From assembly GCA_043769645.1 (NCBI GenBank), contig JAYVJC010000042.1, forward strand, positions 990-64,989: a stretch of 64,000 bases of DNA. Direction: 5' to 3'. Under the pieces are notes generated by a model. The model did no database searches. It was not told the DNA's origin and saw only the letters and a program-made list of their open reading frames with translations. Positions 52,274 to 64,000 of this stretch are shown here, one piece after another; within the stretch, counting starts at the first letter, position 1; each line of letters starts with the position of its first letter. Made by a program: the position numbers and the translations under genes. Origin of the DNA: Candidatus Altimarinota bacterium. GTDB lineage: Bacteria > Patescibacteriota > Gracilibacteria > BD1-5 > UBA2023.

Positions 52274-54589
52274 ATGCAAATCACCAAGTCCCTCCTCCAT
52301 ACGACCGATGCGTACATCAAGAAGCTTCGCGAAGCCGGTATAGAAAGCGTGACTGACTTTCTCTCCCTCTTTCCTCGAGGGTACGAGGACAAGAGCGAAG
52401 TTATCGAGCAGTTCTCACTCCTGAATGTTCAAGAAAAGCAGGTCGTGAAGTGCAAGATCGAGCTCCTCACCGAAGAGCAGACTCGCAACAAGAAGCTGCT
52501 GATTAAGGCAGTTCTCACGGATCGGGATGGAATACACGCCGAAGCTGTGTGGTGGAATCGTCGTATGCTCCTGACACAATACTCTCAGTGAGATATCGTC
52601 CTCATCTACGGGCAGCCGAAATACGACTATGGGAGGCTTTCATTCAACTCGTCAGATATCGAACACTATCGAGAAAAGCGTCGAGAAATCGTCCCGATCT
52701 ACAGTGATGTGAACTATATACCGGGGACTTGGATTCGAGAAAAAATGCTTTTTCTCAAGAATTTTATCGAAGAAATCCCTGATACCATCCCTCGAGAAAT
52801 ACGCTTGAAGAAGTGACTTTCACCACGTACGACGAATATTCGCAATATTCATTTCCCACAGAGTATCGAAGATTTTGACCGAGCAAGAACCGAGCTCGGA
52901 TATGAGGAACTCTTTCACTTCCAGATGGTCGGTGTGGAAAAGAAGTATTCGATGATGGCGAATTCGGAGTGACTGGCACCAGCCACCCCACTCGATACGG
53001 ACCTCATCAAATCTCTCATTGCGGATCTCCCCTTTCCCCTTACGAATAAGCAGAAAATCGTCCTCTTCCAAATCCTCAAGGATATGGAAAAGCCGCACGC
53101 GATGGCCCGCCTCCTTCAAGGAGATGTCGGAACGGGGAAAACGGTGGTCGCCATGATCGCCGCGATACATATTATCAAGAGTCAAAACCTCATCCCTCAT
53201 CTTTGAGAACCAGGTTCATACGATTTGAAATCTGAATTCTCCCCCTTGATAAACGGTACTGAGAGTGAGGTACAAGTCGCCATCATGGCTCCGACGGAAA
53301 TCCTCGCCCGACAGCACTTCGCTGGGAATGAGGCGTGGCTGATGAAGTGGTGAATCCGATCAGATCTCCTCGTCGGCTCTCTCACTCCTCGGATGAAAGA
53401 GGACGCACGAGAACGACTGAGAAGTGGACAGACCGATATCGTCTTCGGAACCCATGCCCTCATCCAGGACTCAGTCCAATTCGCTCGTCTCGGCTTCGTC
53501 GTGGTCGATGAACAGCACCGATTCGGCGTCGAACAGCGAAAGGCACTCGAAGAGTATTGTAGTTCTCAAGTAATCAAGTTATCAAGTAATCAAGAATGAG
53601 AATGAGCTAATAAAGAACTTGAAAACTTGAAAACTTGAAAACTTTCTCAAAAATCGATCCTCCCCCACCGTCTCAATATGTCCGCAACACCTATTCCTCG
53701 GACCCTGGCTCTGACAATCTACGGTGACCAGGATGTCTCGGTTCTCGATGAGTACCCGGTCGGTCGCAAGCCGATCCATACTCGAGTCGTTCGAGAAGAT
53801 CAGCGAATCGAGATGTATCGGTTCATCGAAGAACAAGTCAGAGAAGGAAGACAAGTATACTGGATTTCTCCATTGGTAGATGGTTTAAAAAAGCAAAATA
53901 TAGCACCTGATGAAGGAAAGAAAAATAGGGGTTCGGGGATGAAAACTGTCTGAGAACGAAAAGAGAATGATATCTGATGAGCGGAGCGAACGAGTTTTTT
54001 CACCCCCGAGACTTTTGATACTTTTGGTCTCAAAAGTATATCAAATAGCTGATGAAATGAATCTAAAGAAGATATCGCCTCTGCCGTCGAAATGCAGATT
54101 ACACTTTCTGCTATCTTTCCGAAGCTCACCATCGGACTCATCCATGGGAAAATGAGTGGGAAAGAGAAAGATCGGGTGATGCAAGAGTTCTATGAAAATA
54201 AGATCCATATCCTCTCCTCAACCTCGGTCGTCGAAGTCGGAGTAAATAATCCCAATGCGACGGTCATGTGTATCGAAGCAGCTGAAAGGTTTGGCCTCTC
54301 ACAACTCCATCAGTTCCGAGGCCGAGTCGGTCGTGGAGAACACCAGTCCTACTGCTACCTCTTCACGACGAAAGAATACAAAACTGACCGACTTCGAGCG
54401 ATGGAGCAAACCAACGACGGCTTCGAGCTCGCTGAGATTGACCTCGAACTTCGCGGTCCGGGTGAGGTATATGGAGTCCGCCAGTCAGGAGTTCCAGACT
54501 TCCACTTCGCCGATCTTCGAGATGTCAATCTTATCTCAGAAATACAAGAAGATATAGAAGAGTGGATGAAATGAAAAAAGAATTTGTAA
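52274..54589 (+). CDS. recG: ATP-dependent DNA helicase RecG carrying three in-frame repeat insertions
   Basis: Track ORFs 52235.., 53393.., 53678.. and 54092.. share one frame. Motif I QGDVGTGKTVVA, MAPTEILARQH, DEQHRFG, MSATPIPRTLA, and GRVGRGEHQSYC are present. The terminal TGA 54572 is followed by 4 codons to TAA 54587-54589. Confidence 0.9.
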
Positions 54590-54626
54590 TATATTTATTA
54601 TTCAATAATATAGAGTTTGACAAATT

Positions 54627-55103
54627 ATGAATACTGCATATGTAATTAACATCCTCCCAAAGCAGAAACTGAAAGAAATTGAGAAAGCAAGTAAAAAAGT
54701 TGTAAAACTCATAGAGGCTATACGAGTAAATATTGCCCCCATTTTTTTAGCAGAGGAAGGAAAATGACGTTTGCATACGCGATATTTAAAGCAGAGAAAA
54801 GATAAAGTATGGGGAGCCCTTGAGGAAATTGGAATAATATTTAAACAACTGAGTGAAAGCCCAAATATTCAAATGGTGCTCATTGAACAAGTACTGAGAA
54901 TATTGATTGTTACACGATGAGATGTTGAAAATATCCTGGAATGATCTGTGGTGAGCTCAAAAGCTAAGCAATTAGTAGAACAACAATCTCGGCAAAGAGA
55001 TCTAAGCTGAACCTTATTAGTTATGGAAATTATTCATGAATCTTGAATATCAATAAAAGGTCTTGAAAGATTCATTACGGTAACTTCAAGAAGAATTTGA
55101 TAA
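54627..55103 (+). CDS. Hypothetical protein (158 aa after recoding)
   Basis: ATG 54627 to TAA 55101-55103 with 6 TGA. It is absent from the standard-code track. Confidence 0.4.
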
Positions 55104-55113
55104 TAAACTTACT

Positions 55114-57315
55114 ATGAAAAGACTCGGACTCGTTGCCCACCCTACTCCAATCGAGCAAAAATATACTCAAGCCATAGACGAAATACAACGTCGTATCATT
55201 GAAAATCCTCTCTTTGAAAAAAATCTAGAAACACCTCGTGATGCCTCGATACTCCTAGATAAAATAGTTCGATTTTTCTATTATGAAAATACCGATTATC
55301 TCACTGAAGATATTGACTTTAAAAATTTGATTTTAGAGGCTCTTTCAGAACTCCATGCTTTCCTTAGTAAAAGCTGACTCGATAGCATATTTCGAATGTA
55401 TGCGAATTTTGAAACTTCTGGAGAAATCACCTCAAACATAATCTACGAAAAATCTAAAGAGCTTTTCGCAACAATCTGAAAAAATGATCTTCCTATGTTC
55501 CTCAGTATTCTGTTCAGCCCTTTCGAAACACTCGCTGGATACCGTGAAGAGAATACTCATGGAAGTAAAAAACTACAAGAATTCTCTGCATATTGAAAAA
55601 TTCTTTGAAGATGACTCCTCTATCCGGAACATAGAGTGGCTGGTATAACTCGACCAGCTCCTTGAATTGCTGCACTTACATCACTTTTATGTAAAGAACC
55701 AGAAGTATCGACTATAATTTGAAAGATTTCTTTTGAAGTTCATGGAGTTACTAGTTGATCCTCCCTAGCCCCTTGATCAAATATTATTCCATTATCATGA
55801 AGCATTAGTACTGGAAAGATCATACGATTAGTCCCTAATAGAATTTGAAAAGGTTTAGAGAAAAACGCCGAAGTCGTCGAGGAGAGTAAAACTACCTCAA
55901 ATAATCCAGAAAGTGAAAATTTAGATGTATGAGAAGACAAACCAAGCGAAGCAGTAATTGGTAGAATTCGTAGGAGAGAAAACGATAGGGAAATTCGAAT
56001 CGGAAAAGAAGAAAATAGAGAACAACAGAAGAACCAAGAATGGTATGTTACGGAACTCGAAAAGCTCAGAGGACTGAGAACTTTTCTCCACCAACGATTT
56101 GAGGAACTCAGAAATCATCTCCTGGAACACGTACCCTATGTTGAAGAGGTACTTAATTATATTAGACTTATTGATCGACTCAATGAGAAATGATATGAAG
56201 TGAAAAGCCTTGGAGTGAGTGGAGTACGTGAAGAGGTTTCGCGAAAAATAAGTGATTATGAAAACCTCATTTCACAACTAAATAAGATAAATATTAAGCT
56301 ATTGCAAGATATAACTTCCTTGCAGGACTCTCTTCCAAGTGCCACTGAACTCGAGCAAAAGAAACTCAGTCGGAGATTAGTAAAGTTACAATCAAAACTA
56401 GACAGAGGTATACGAGATGTCACTGCTTATGAAAGAGAAGTTGTAGTCCGAAAAACAGAAGCTCAAGAGCTTTTTTCTCATATTGTATGATATAGACTTC
56501 CTACCTTACCAAATAGAGAGCAGTTCTCTCTCGCCTTTCATCATTCACTCAAAGCTGAAGAGCTCTACTCTGCGCCTGATTTCATCCCAGAAACTCCAGT
56601 CACACACGAATGGATTGATGCGAATGTTATTCCACTTTTTGTTTCAATATTGGGTACTCATCTCCATGAATATCATGGGGTCAATATAAGGGATCTCTAT
56701 GAGCTTATGGGAAAAATTGATGAGCTACCAGAAATACACAATAACGAAGTTCGGCTGCCAGATACTGATGGTATAACTCAGAAAAAAGTAAGCGATTTTT
56801 TTACAATGCTCATACCTATAATACCAAATGAGTATTTAACTGAACTTCCGAATCTTCCTACGATTATTACTCCAGAGTGAATTTCACCAGAGGTATTATC
56901 AAAAGTTAAATTACCAAAAGTCAAAAAGACCCATCGAGAAATACGAAAGGCAGTAAGTTTCAAAAAAGCTAGAATAGAAAAAGAACGTAAAGCTTTAATA
57001 GAAAAATTGCATTCTATCGAGGAAAGCCTTAAGGAGTATGAACGATACTGGAAAGAACGTTTGAAACAAAACTTGAGAACTCGAAGTCGATATATCGCAG
57101 ATATAGAAAAATTGGATTCTCAGGTACGAATGAGTATATGACGTCCAACTAAAACAAAAGATGAGCTCGAAAAATTAATCGATGCCTCTAATACTGAAGT
57201 GGAGAATACTCAAATGCTGATACATGAATGAGGTCTAAATACTGATGAAATATGATATAAGAAACTTCTAGATGAACGATCTAGAATGTCTGGGAAAGTA
57301 AAAAGGGTTAAATAA
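55114..57315 (+). CDS. Large hypothetical coiled-coil protein (733 aa after recoding)
   Basis: Track ORFs 55114.., 56200.. and 56650.. share one frame. I translated the whole interval by hand and found 22 TGA and no TAA/TAG until 57313-57315. The middle and C-terminal parts are Glu/Lys/Leu-rich heptad-like segments. Confidence 0.55.
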
Positions 57316-57350
57316 AATTGGTTTTCTAGTAATTTCGGTATGATAATTTT

Positions 57351-57986
57351 ATGTCGCCCTCCATTACCACCTACATAAAAAATCTCAAAGCTTTCGGACT
57401 TGCCAGAAAGATCCCCAATATTTCTGAAGAAAATGCGGAGTTTATCAAAAATCTGATTCGTGAGCAAAAACCTCACCATATCCTCGAGATCGGCACGGCG
57501 AATGGATATTCTACGCTCTGCTTCGCACAAGCTGTAATGAGTGATGAGGCATGAGTTATGAGTTCGGTCGAACTACAACTGAAAACTCTAAACTCTCAAC
57601 TCACAACTGACATCACCACCATCGAATCTGCCTGGAACGCTCATATAGAAGCCGTAGAGCACTTCAAGAACTGTAAAATCAAACATATCCATGCCATCTT
57701 GGGGGATGCAAAGGCCGTCATACCGAGCCTTCAGGATGATTATTTTGACTTCGTATATATCGATGCGATGAAGCGTGAGTATCTTGACTATCTGGTCCTC
57801 GCGCTCCCGAAAATGACACAGAATGCTCTCATAGTAATCGATGATGTAGAGAAATTTCGCGATAAGATGGAAAATCTCTTTACATGGCTTGACTCCCGAG
57901 GCATAACCTATAGAATAGAAAAAACAGATATCGATGATAGTATTATGATCCTCTATCGTCGAGATATCGGCATCAAGAGAATATAA
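57351..57986 (+). CDS. Class I SAM-dependent O-methyltransferase (family 3, YrrM/COMT-like) with an in-frame low-complexity insertion
   Basis: Track ORFs 57351..57554 and 57558..57986 are in one frame, joined by a TGA. Motifs: ILEIGTANGYSTL and FDFVYIDAMKREYLDY. Confidence 0.8.
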
Positions 57987-58003
57987 TCTCTAACCTTGTT
58001 TTT

Positions 58004-58507
58004 ATGAATCCTTCCCTCTCAACTCTAGTTGTCGCTACTACGCTCGGCTTCTGATCTATCTCGAGTCATGCATGAGAAGATATCGATACTCGGATACGTC
58101 TCCTTCCTCAAACAATATGAACCTCGGAAGGAATCAAGTGAAAACCATTTCCCATTATTCCTACTGGGGGGAATTCTCACAAATGGGAACTTGGAAGCTG
58201 AGTTATAGAAGGTATAAATAGAAGTAATGAAGTCGAAAATTATAAGGAGGTTCTCTCAAATTCAAGAAAAGCACTTGCTTCCATACTTCCTGGAAATGCA
58301 CTTATTTGGAATCAAGATGCAGTACGAAGTCGGACAACCTATGTCGGATACGAAGTCTTCGATAATCGGTACCCAAAGATCAACATGAAGATCATGTTCG
58401 TACTCTACCGTCAGGCTCGGTTCAGTGAGTGAGCCTTGATCGATGGAGTGAGCGGTGCTCAGACCACGAAATGAGCAGGGATTCTTATAAATATCCCCAT
58501 CAATTAA
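58004..58507 (+). CDS. Hypothetical secreted protein (167 aa after recoding)
   Basis: ATG 58004 with a signal-like N-terminus MNPSLSTLVVATTLGFGSISSHA. There are 8 TGA before TAA 58505-58507. Confidence 0.4.
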
Positions 58508-58650
58508 TCAAGTATAAGGACTAAATCCTATCAGATAGCCTTTGTACTTCTGCTTGCTTTTCAAGCATTTCTTCATAAAATGTCATCGTAAAAATAACAA
58601 AACTTGATGTTATTCTTCATCATTCATTCTTAATTATTCATTTACTATAT

Positions 58651-58965
58651 ATGTCTCTCAAAATATCTAAAGATACTGAATTCGCGGCCAATATCGCTTC
58701 TGGAGTCACTCTAGTCGACTTCTGGGCAGAGTGGTGTGGTCCGTGTCAGATTATGCTTCCACGTCTGACTGAGCTCGCTTCCAAGATCGAAGGAAAGGCG
58801 ACCGTCATGAAGCACGATGTCGACTCTGAGCCACAAACTCCGACGAGTTTCCGCATCATGAGCATCCCGACGATTATCGTCTTCAAAGATGGTCAACCGG
58901 TTGAAAAATTTATCGGAGTTCAAGACGTCGCGACCCTCGAAGCAGCAATTGCAAAACACGTATAA
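58651..58965 (+). CDS. trxA: Thioredoxin
   Basis: Track ORF of 104 aa with the WCGPC active site. Confidence 0.95.
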   Translation: MSLKISKDTEFAANIASGVTLVDFWAEWCGPCQIMLPRLTELASKIEGKATVMKHDVDSEPQTPTSFRIMSIPTIIVFKDGQPVEKFIGVQDVATLEAAIAKHV

Positions 58966-59047
58966 TTCCTAGCATAGAGACATAGTCATAGGTATAGGAA
59001 GATTCCTTTCTCTGTACTATGCCTATGTCCTTTTTTTATTTTATATT

Positions 59048-60154
59048 ATGGCGTTTGAATACTACTCAACCCTCCGTATAGAGCGAAATGCCTCTGCCGA
59101 GGAAATCAAGAAAGCATATCGAAAAAAAGCGATGGAATGTCATCCAGATCGACACGCTGGAGATAAGACCAAAGAGGCTGAATTCAAAAAGGTAAATGAG
59201 GCCTACTCAACCCTCTCAGATAGTGCGAAGAAAGCCCAGTATGATCAATTCGGTTCGGCCGATGGAGGAGGCGGATTTGGTGGAGGTTTTTGAGGATTTC
59301 AATGAGGATTCGAAGGAGATATTTCAGATATTTTTTCTTCATTTTTCGGAGGAGGGACTCGTGGGGGATCTCGAAAACGAGCCGATATCGGAGAGGACAT
59401 CGAGGTACGCCTTCGGATTTCTCTCGAAGATGCAATCCGTGGGACCAGTCGTGTCGTAGAGCTCAAGCGAAAATCCCCCTGTACAAGTTGCGGAGGCAAT
59501 GGGGCAAAAAATGGAACCGAAATCAAAACCTGTGATACCTGTCATGGATCAGGTCAGGTAAGACAGCGGATGCAGACAATGTTTGGGACTATCGAACAGG
59601 CAGTTGCCTGCCATATTTGTGGAGGTGCTGGGAAAATTATTTCTGAGAAGTGCAGTGACTGTCATGGGAAGGGATGGAAGGAATCCGTCATCAAAAAAGA
59701 TATAGAAGTGCCCGCGGGTATCGAAAACGGTATGAGCATAAAAATCCGTGGTGAAGGACATGCCGGTCGAGATGGAAGTGGAGACCTCTACGTTGGATTT
59801 GAAATCCCGGATCGAGAAGCCGGACTCGTACGAGATGGGGTCGATCTCCACTGTGAAGTACGTATCTCTCCTGCGGAAGCTACGCTTGGAAGTGAGCGAT
59901 CCATCGATATTCCGATCATCGGCAAGAAAACGCTCCATATCAAGCCTGGAACGCAGAATGATACGGAAATCCTCTATAAACAAGAAGGGATTGATTCGGT
60001 AGAAAGAAAAGGAGTAAAGGGGCATCTCATCATCCATCTCATCATCGATATCTCCACAAAACTTACTGGGGAGGAAAAACAACTCTATGAAGCACTCCTC
60101 GTATGCCAAGGGAAGAAGATGGAAAAAGGATGGCTCGGGAACTTTTTCGGATAG
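59048..60154 (+). CDS. dnaJ: Molecular chaperone DnaJ
   Basis: Track ORFs 59048..59293 and 59570..60154 are in one frame. It has a J domain with HPD, a G/F region in which several Gly are TGA, and four CxxCxGxG zinc-finger repeats. Confidence 0.95.
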
Positions 60155-60288
60155 ATTTTCACAAGTTCAAACCTATTTTACCTCGCTATCTCGAATGTTC
60201 ACGTACTCCTAAAAATCAAACCTTTTAAAACTGGATGATTCGTCCCAGAGAATGACAAAGTAGTCATTTTACTCGAATAACTCAACAT

Positions 60289-60321
60289 AAAAATAGCTTC
60301 CTAAGTATGGAAGCTATTTTT
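60289..60321. terminator. Bidirectional intrinsic terminator between convergent dnaJ and the PiT gene
   Basis: 11-bp stem AAATAGCTTCC / GGAAGCTATTT with a 7-nt loop, flanked by A and T runs. Confidence 0.75.
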
Positions 60322-60336
60322 ATGTAAGTATATCCT

Positions 60337-61755
60337 CTATTTTACAAAGACGGCATGGAGGGAGAGGAATATAGTGGCAGCAAGTATCGTCGCAACTGGA
60401 AGGGTGAGTACCCACGCCATAAGGATAGAGCGAATCGTATCTCCACGAAGACCGCCTTTTCCATGTTCGTGAGCCATCGTCCCGGCCACACTCGAAGAGA
60501 GGATATGTGTCGTCGAAACGGGGAGACTATAGAAGGTAGAACCTGCGATCGTGAGTGCTGTCATCAGAGTTGCGACCGTTCCCTGAGCATAGGTAAGCTT
60601 ATCCTTTCCGATTTTTTCTCCGATGGTGATCACGATACGCTTCCATCCGACCATCGTACCAAGTCCGAGAGAGATAGAAATCATCGCGATAATCCACATA
60701 GGAGCATAATCCGTCACCGTCGAAATAGCACTGATACTCGGGGAAATATCTGTGATACTGTTCGAAGTTCCCGCAGCACTCGCGCTTGGGATGAGAGCAA
60801 ACTGTTTCTTCGAAAGACTCGTATAGTCCTTCTGGATCTTGAGGATATGTTTACGAACGAGTATGCGTTCACTTACTTCTACATTTTCTTTACTCAGAAT
60901 CGTTTGAATAGCTTGGATATTATCTTTCGTTTCTTGTATAACTACCGCATCAGCCGAAGATACCGTCGTCATATCGAGCTCATTGAATCGTGCCTGAACG
61001 ACTTCTATATTCTTTTTGACAACCGTGAGATCCGCTGCAGGATTCATAGCAAAATAACCAGGGGCAAGGGAAATAAGGATAAGCATGGCAAGACCAACTC
61101 CCTTTTGTCCGTCGTTGGAACCGTGGAAAAAGCTCACAAACCAGCTTGAGACGATAAGTCCTCCTCGAGTCCACTTTTCAGGATACTTATTCCAGAAACG
61201 TCCTGGGTGCTGGTAAAAGTTTTTATTTTTGATAAAGAGGTGAAGCATATGGAGAAGTCCAAATGCAAGGAGAAATCAGACTACAGGAGAGACGAGGAGA
61301 GACTTTCCTGCATCGAGAACTTTCGGCCAAGGAATCGTAACCCCATGAGGATCGAGATAGTACATAGCAAGTGATACCCCGAGGATAGAACCGATAAGGG
61401 TATGTGAGCTTGAAGCTGGGATTCCGAGGTACCACGTTCCGAAGTTCCATATGATTGCAGCGACGAGTAGAGAAAGTACGATACAGATTCCGAATGAAAT
61501 CGGCTGGCTCGCGATCATATCGAGTGGGAGAAGATGGATAATTCCCATCGCCACACCGATCCCTCCGAGAAGCACTCCACAGAAGTTAAAAAATGCCGCA
61601 AAAAGAACTGCTACTTTAGGTGGAAGCGCATTGGTATAGATGACCGGAGCGACGGCATTGGCCGTATCGTGAAATCAGTTGATAAACTCAAAAGCACAGA
61701 CGAGAGCCAGACAGAGAAAGAGGAGGATAAACACTCAGATATCGATTCCAAACAT
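60337..61755 (-). CDS. pitA: Inorganic phosphate transporter, PiT family
   Basis: Track ORFs 61276..61575 and 60337..61248 are in one frame. The N-terminus is restored from ATG 61753-61755 with the signature FEFIN-G(TGA 61675-61677)-FHDTANAVA. A second half-repeat reads FFHGSNDGQKG. Confidence 0.9.
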
Positions 61756-61883
61756 AGAGAAAAATTAGATGACCTGATCATCATATCATATTTCTATAGG
61801 AAAAGTCAAAATACACGAGACAAAATGTTTGATTCAATTTTTTTCTTCATATACTTAGGACATCTTTATAAAAATAAGAATTT

Positions 61884-62906
61884 ATGAAGAATCGCGTTCA
61901 CCTATGATGAGTCTTCGTCCTAGCCTTCCTTCTCGGGGGAATTTCTGTGTATGTTTCTCTGAAATCGAATATGCATAGCGACTCCTTGCAAGCAAGCAAA
62001 ACCCGAGAAAGATGAACCGACTACTCTATACGCCAGTCTTGATATACCTTTATCAATCCCCTTCTCGAATGTGAAATATCAAATACCGGCGATCGCATGA
62101 AGTACATACCATTCGAAGAGATAACCAAACAGAGAATCAGGAAAGAAATCATAGACACCAATCCTGACGTAGAAATCGGTCTCTACGTGCGTAATCTCAA
62201 TAATGGTCCCTGGTTCGGCATCAATGAGAATACTCTCTACTCTCCTGCGAGCCTTATGAAACTTCCAGTATTGATGACTTACCTGAAATGGATCGAGGAA
62301 GACCCGAAGATTGCCAATAAAAAAGTAATCTTTCACGATACCAATTCCGGGTCATTGCAGTACTTTCAACCCTCGACTCGCATGATCGAAGGAAAAGAGT
62401 ATAGCGTACGCGAGCTTCTGGAAGAGATGATTGTCTACTCTGATAATCAGTCGATGCACATCCTCCTCGATGCAGTTCCAGGAGAATTTTATACGAAAGT
62501 AAGTAAGGATCTCGGGATCACCGTACCGGGGGTCAGAACTCCTGAAGACTTCCTCTCGGTCAAAGATGTCGCCACATTTTTCCGAATTCTCTATAACGCT
62601 TCCTATCTAGATCGAGATACTTCAGAATACGCTCTTAGTATGCTCTCTCGGGCAACCTTTCATGAAGGACTCAATCTCTGAGTTCCAGACACTATCAAGA
62701 TCGCTCACAAATTCGGCGAACGGGGATATGCTGGCGACTCGGGAAAAGGATCCAAACAACTTCATGATTGTGGGATAGTGTACTACGCAAAGTACCCCTA
62801 TCTGGCGTGCATCGTCACAAAATGAGATGATTTCGAGAAACTCTCTCATGTGATCGGTGGAGTTTCGAAAATCGTGTACGAAGAAATATCGAAAGCCTTC
62901 CCATAA
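61884..62906 (+). CDS. Membrane-anchored class-A-beta-lactamase-like serine hydrolase
   Basis: ATG 61884 in the frame of track ORF 62097..62681. It has an N-terminal TM segment, SLMK (SxxK), YSDN (SDN) and HKFG (KTG-like) motifs. Stop is TAA 62904-62906. Confidence 0.65.
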
Positions 62907-63228
62907 ATTAGGCTCTTGAACTCCTTTCTGCTGTTCAACACTTTTTTACCTTTACATCCTTTTCTTTTTCTATTGTTCCATCATTTCTACCCTTCTCCCA
63001 TCTCTACTGTCGTTCGTGTTAAACGAAGATACCTAAGAGTTTCCTCCTAAGTTCTACCTTTCCCTACCCCCCTTGTTCCCCTCGAAAGGGGGATCCAAAA
63101 TCTTCTTACTTGCTAATTGCTCATCTTTAGTTACCTAGGACTGTTTGTTAACTTAGCTTTTCTCTCACGTCTCTACCTTTCTACCGTTTCAATCGTTTCT
63201 CCCCTTCTATCGTTTCTCCCCTCCTCTT

Positions 63229-64000
<772 letters not shown>

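Overview
This 64-kb window comes from an AT-rich bacterial chromosome (about 40% GC by eye) that reads UGA as glycine. That matches translation table 25, so I infer a Gracilibacteria/Absconditabacteria-type CPR lineage. The standard-code ORF track breaks almost every conserved gene at in-frame TGAs. Where the family is recognisable, those TGAs fall on invariant Gly residues: CrtI GxGxxG and GGR, GlmS MCG, PilB Walker A, PiT NGFHD, HIBADH GLGxMG.

I re-joined the fragments by frame arithmetic. I call about 70 CDS and 2 tRNAs (Glu-CUC, Gln-UUG). I found no rRNA, CRISPR array, transposase or integrase.

Gene content:
- Housekeeping: rplK, rplU, rplI, tilS, glmS, lysS, glyQS, recG, dnaJ, trxA, nadD, ruvX, pyrB.
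- Lys/Asp-family block: lysA-like decarboxylase and an aspartokinase.
- Metal homeostasis: Fur-like regulator, ZIP and CDF transporters.
- Other: PiT phosphate transporter, a short PilB-type ATPase, a LysM/CHAP hydrolase and many recoded hypothetical ORFs.

Most notable observations:
1. A proteorhodopsin-type proton pump (DTE motif) sits next to a near-complete retinal pathway (crtI, crtB, crtY, blh). Under table 25, crtY reads through in frame into blh.
2. Two tandem leader-peptide/terminator/antiterminator units lie upstream of the aspartokinase. Their leader peptides are rich in Ile/Met/Lys/Thr.
3. Families of short palindromic and 'word' repeats fill the intergenic regions. They also appear as in-frame insertions inside lysS, recG and a methyltransferase.
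4. A 0.8-kb toxin-antitoxin islet lies behind glmS, flanked by 90-bp direct repeats that duplicate the glmS 3' end.
5. A GC-rich mini-gene has a strong Shine-Dalgarno sequence and TGA stops followed by an intrinsic terminator. This looks like standard-code foreign DNA.

All family assignments rest on motif recognition from memory. No database search or folding program was run. Coordinates I derived myself may be off by a few nt.
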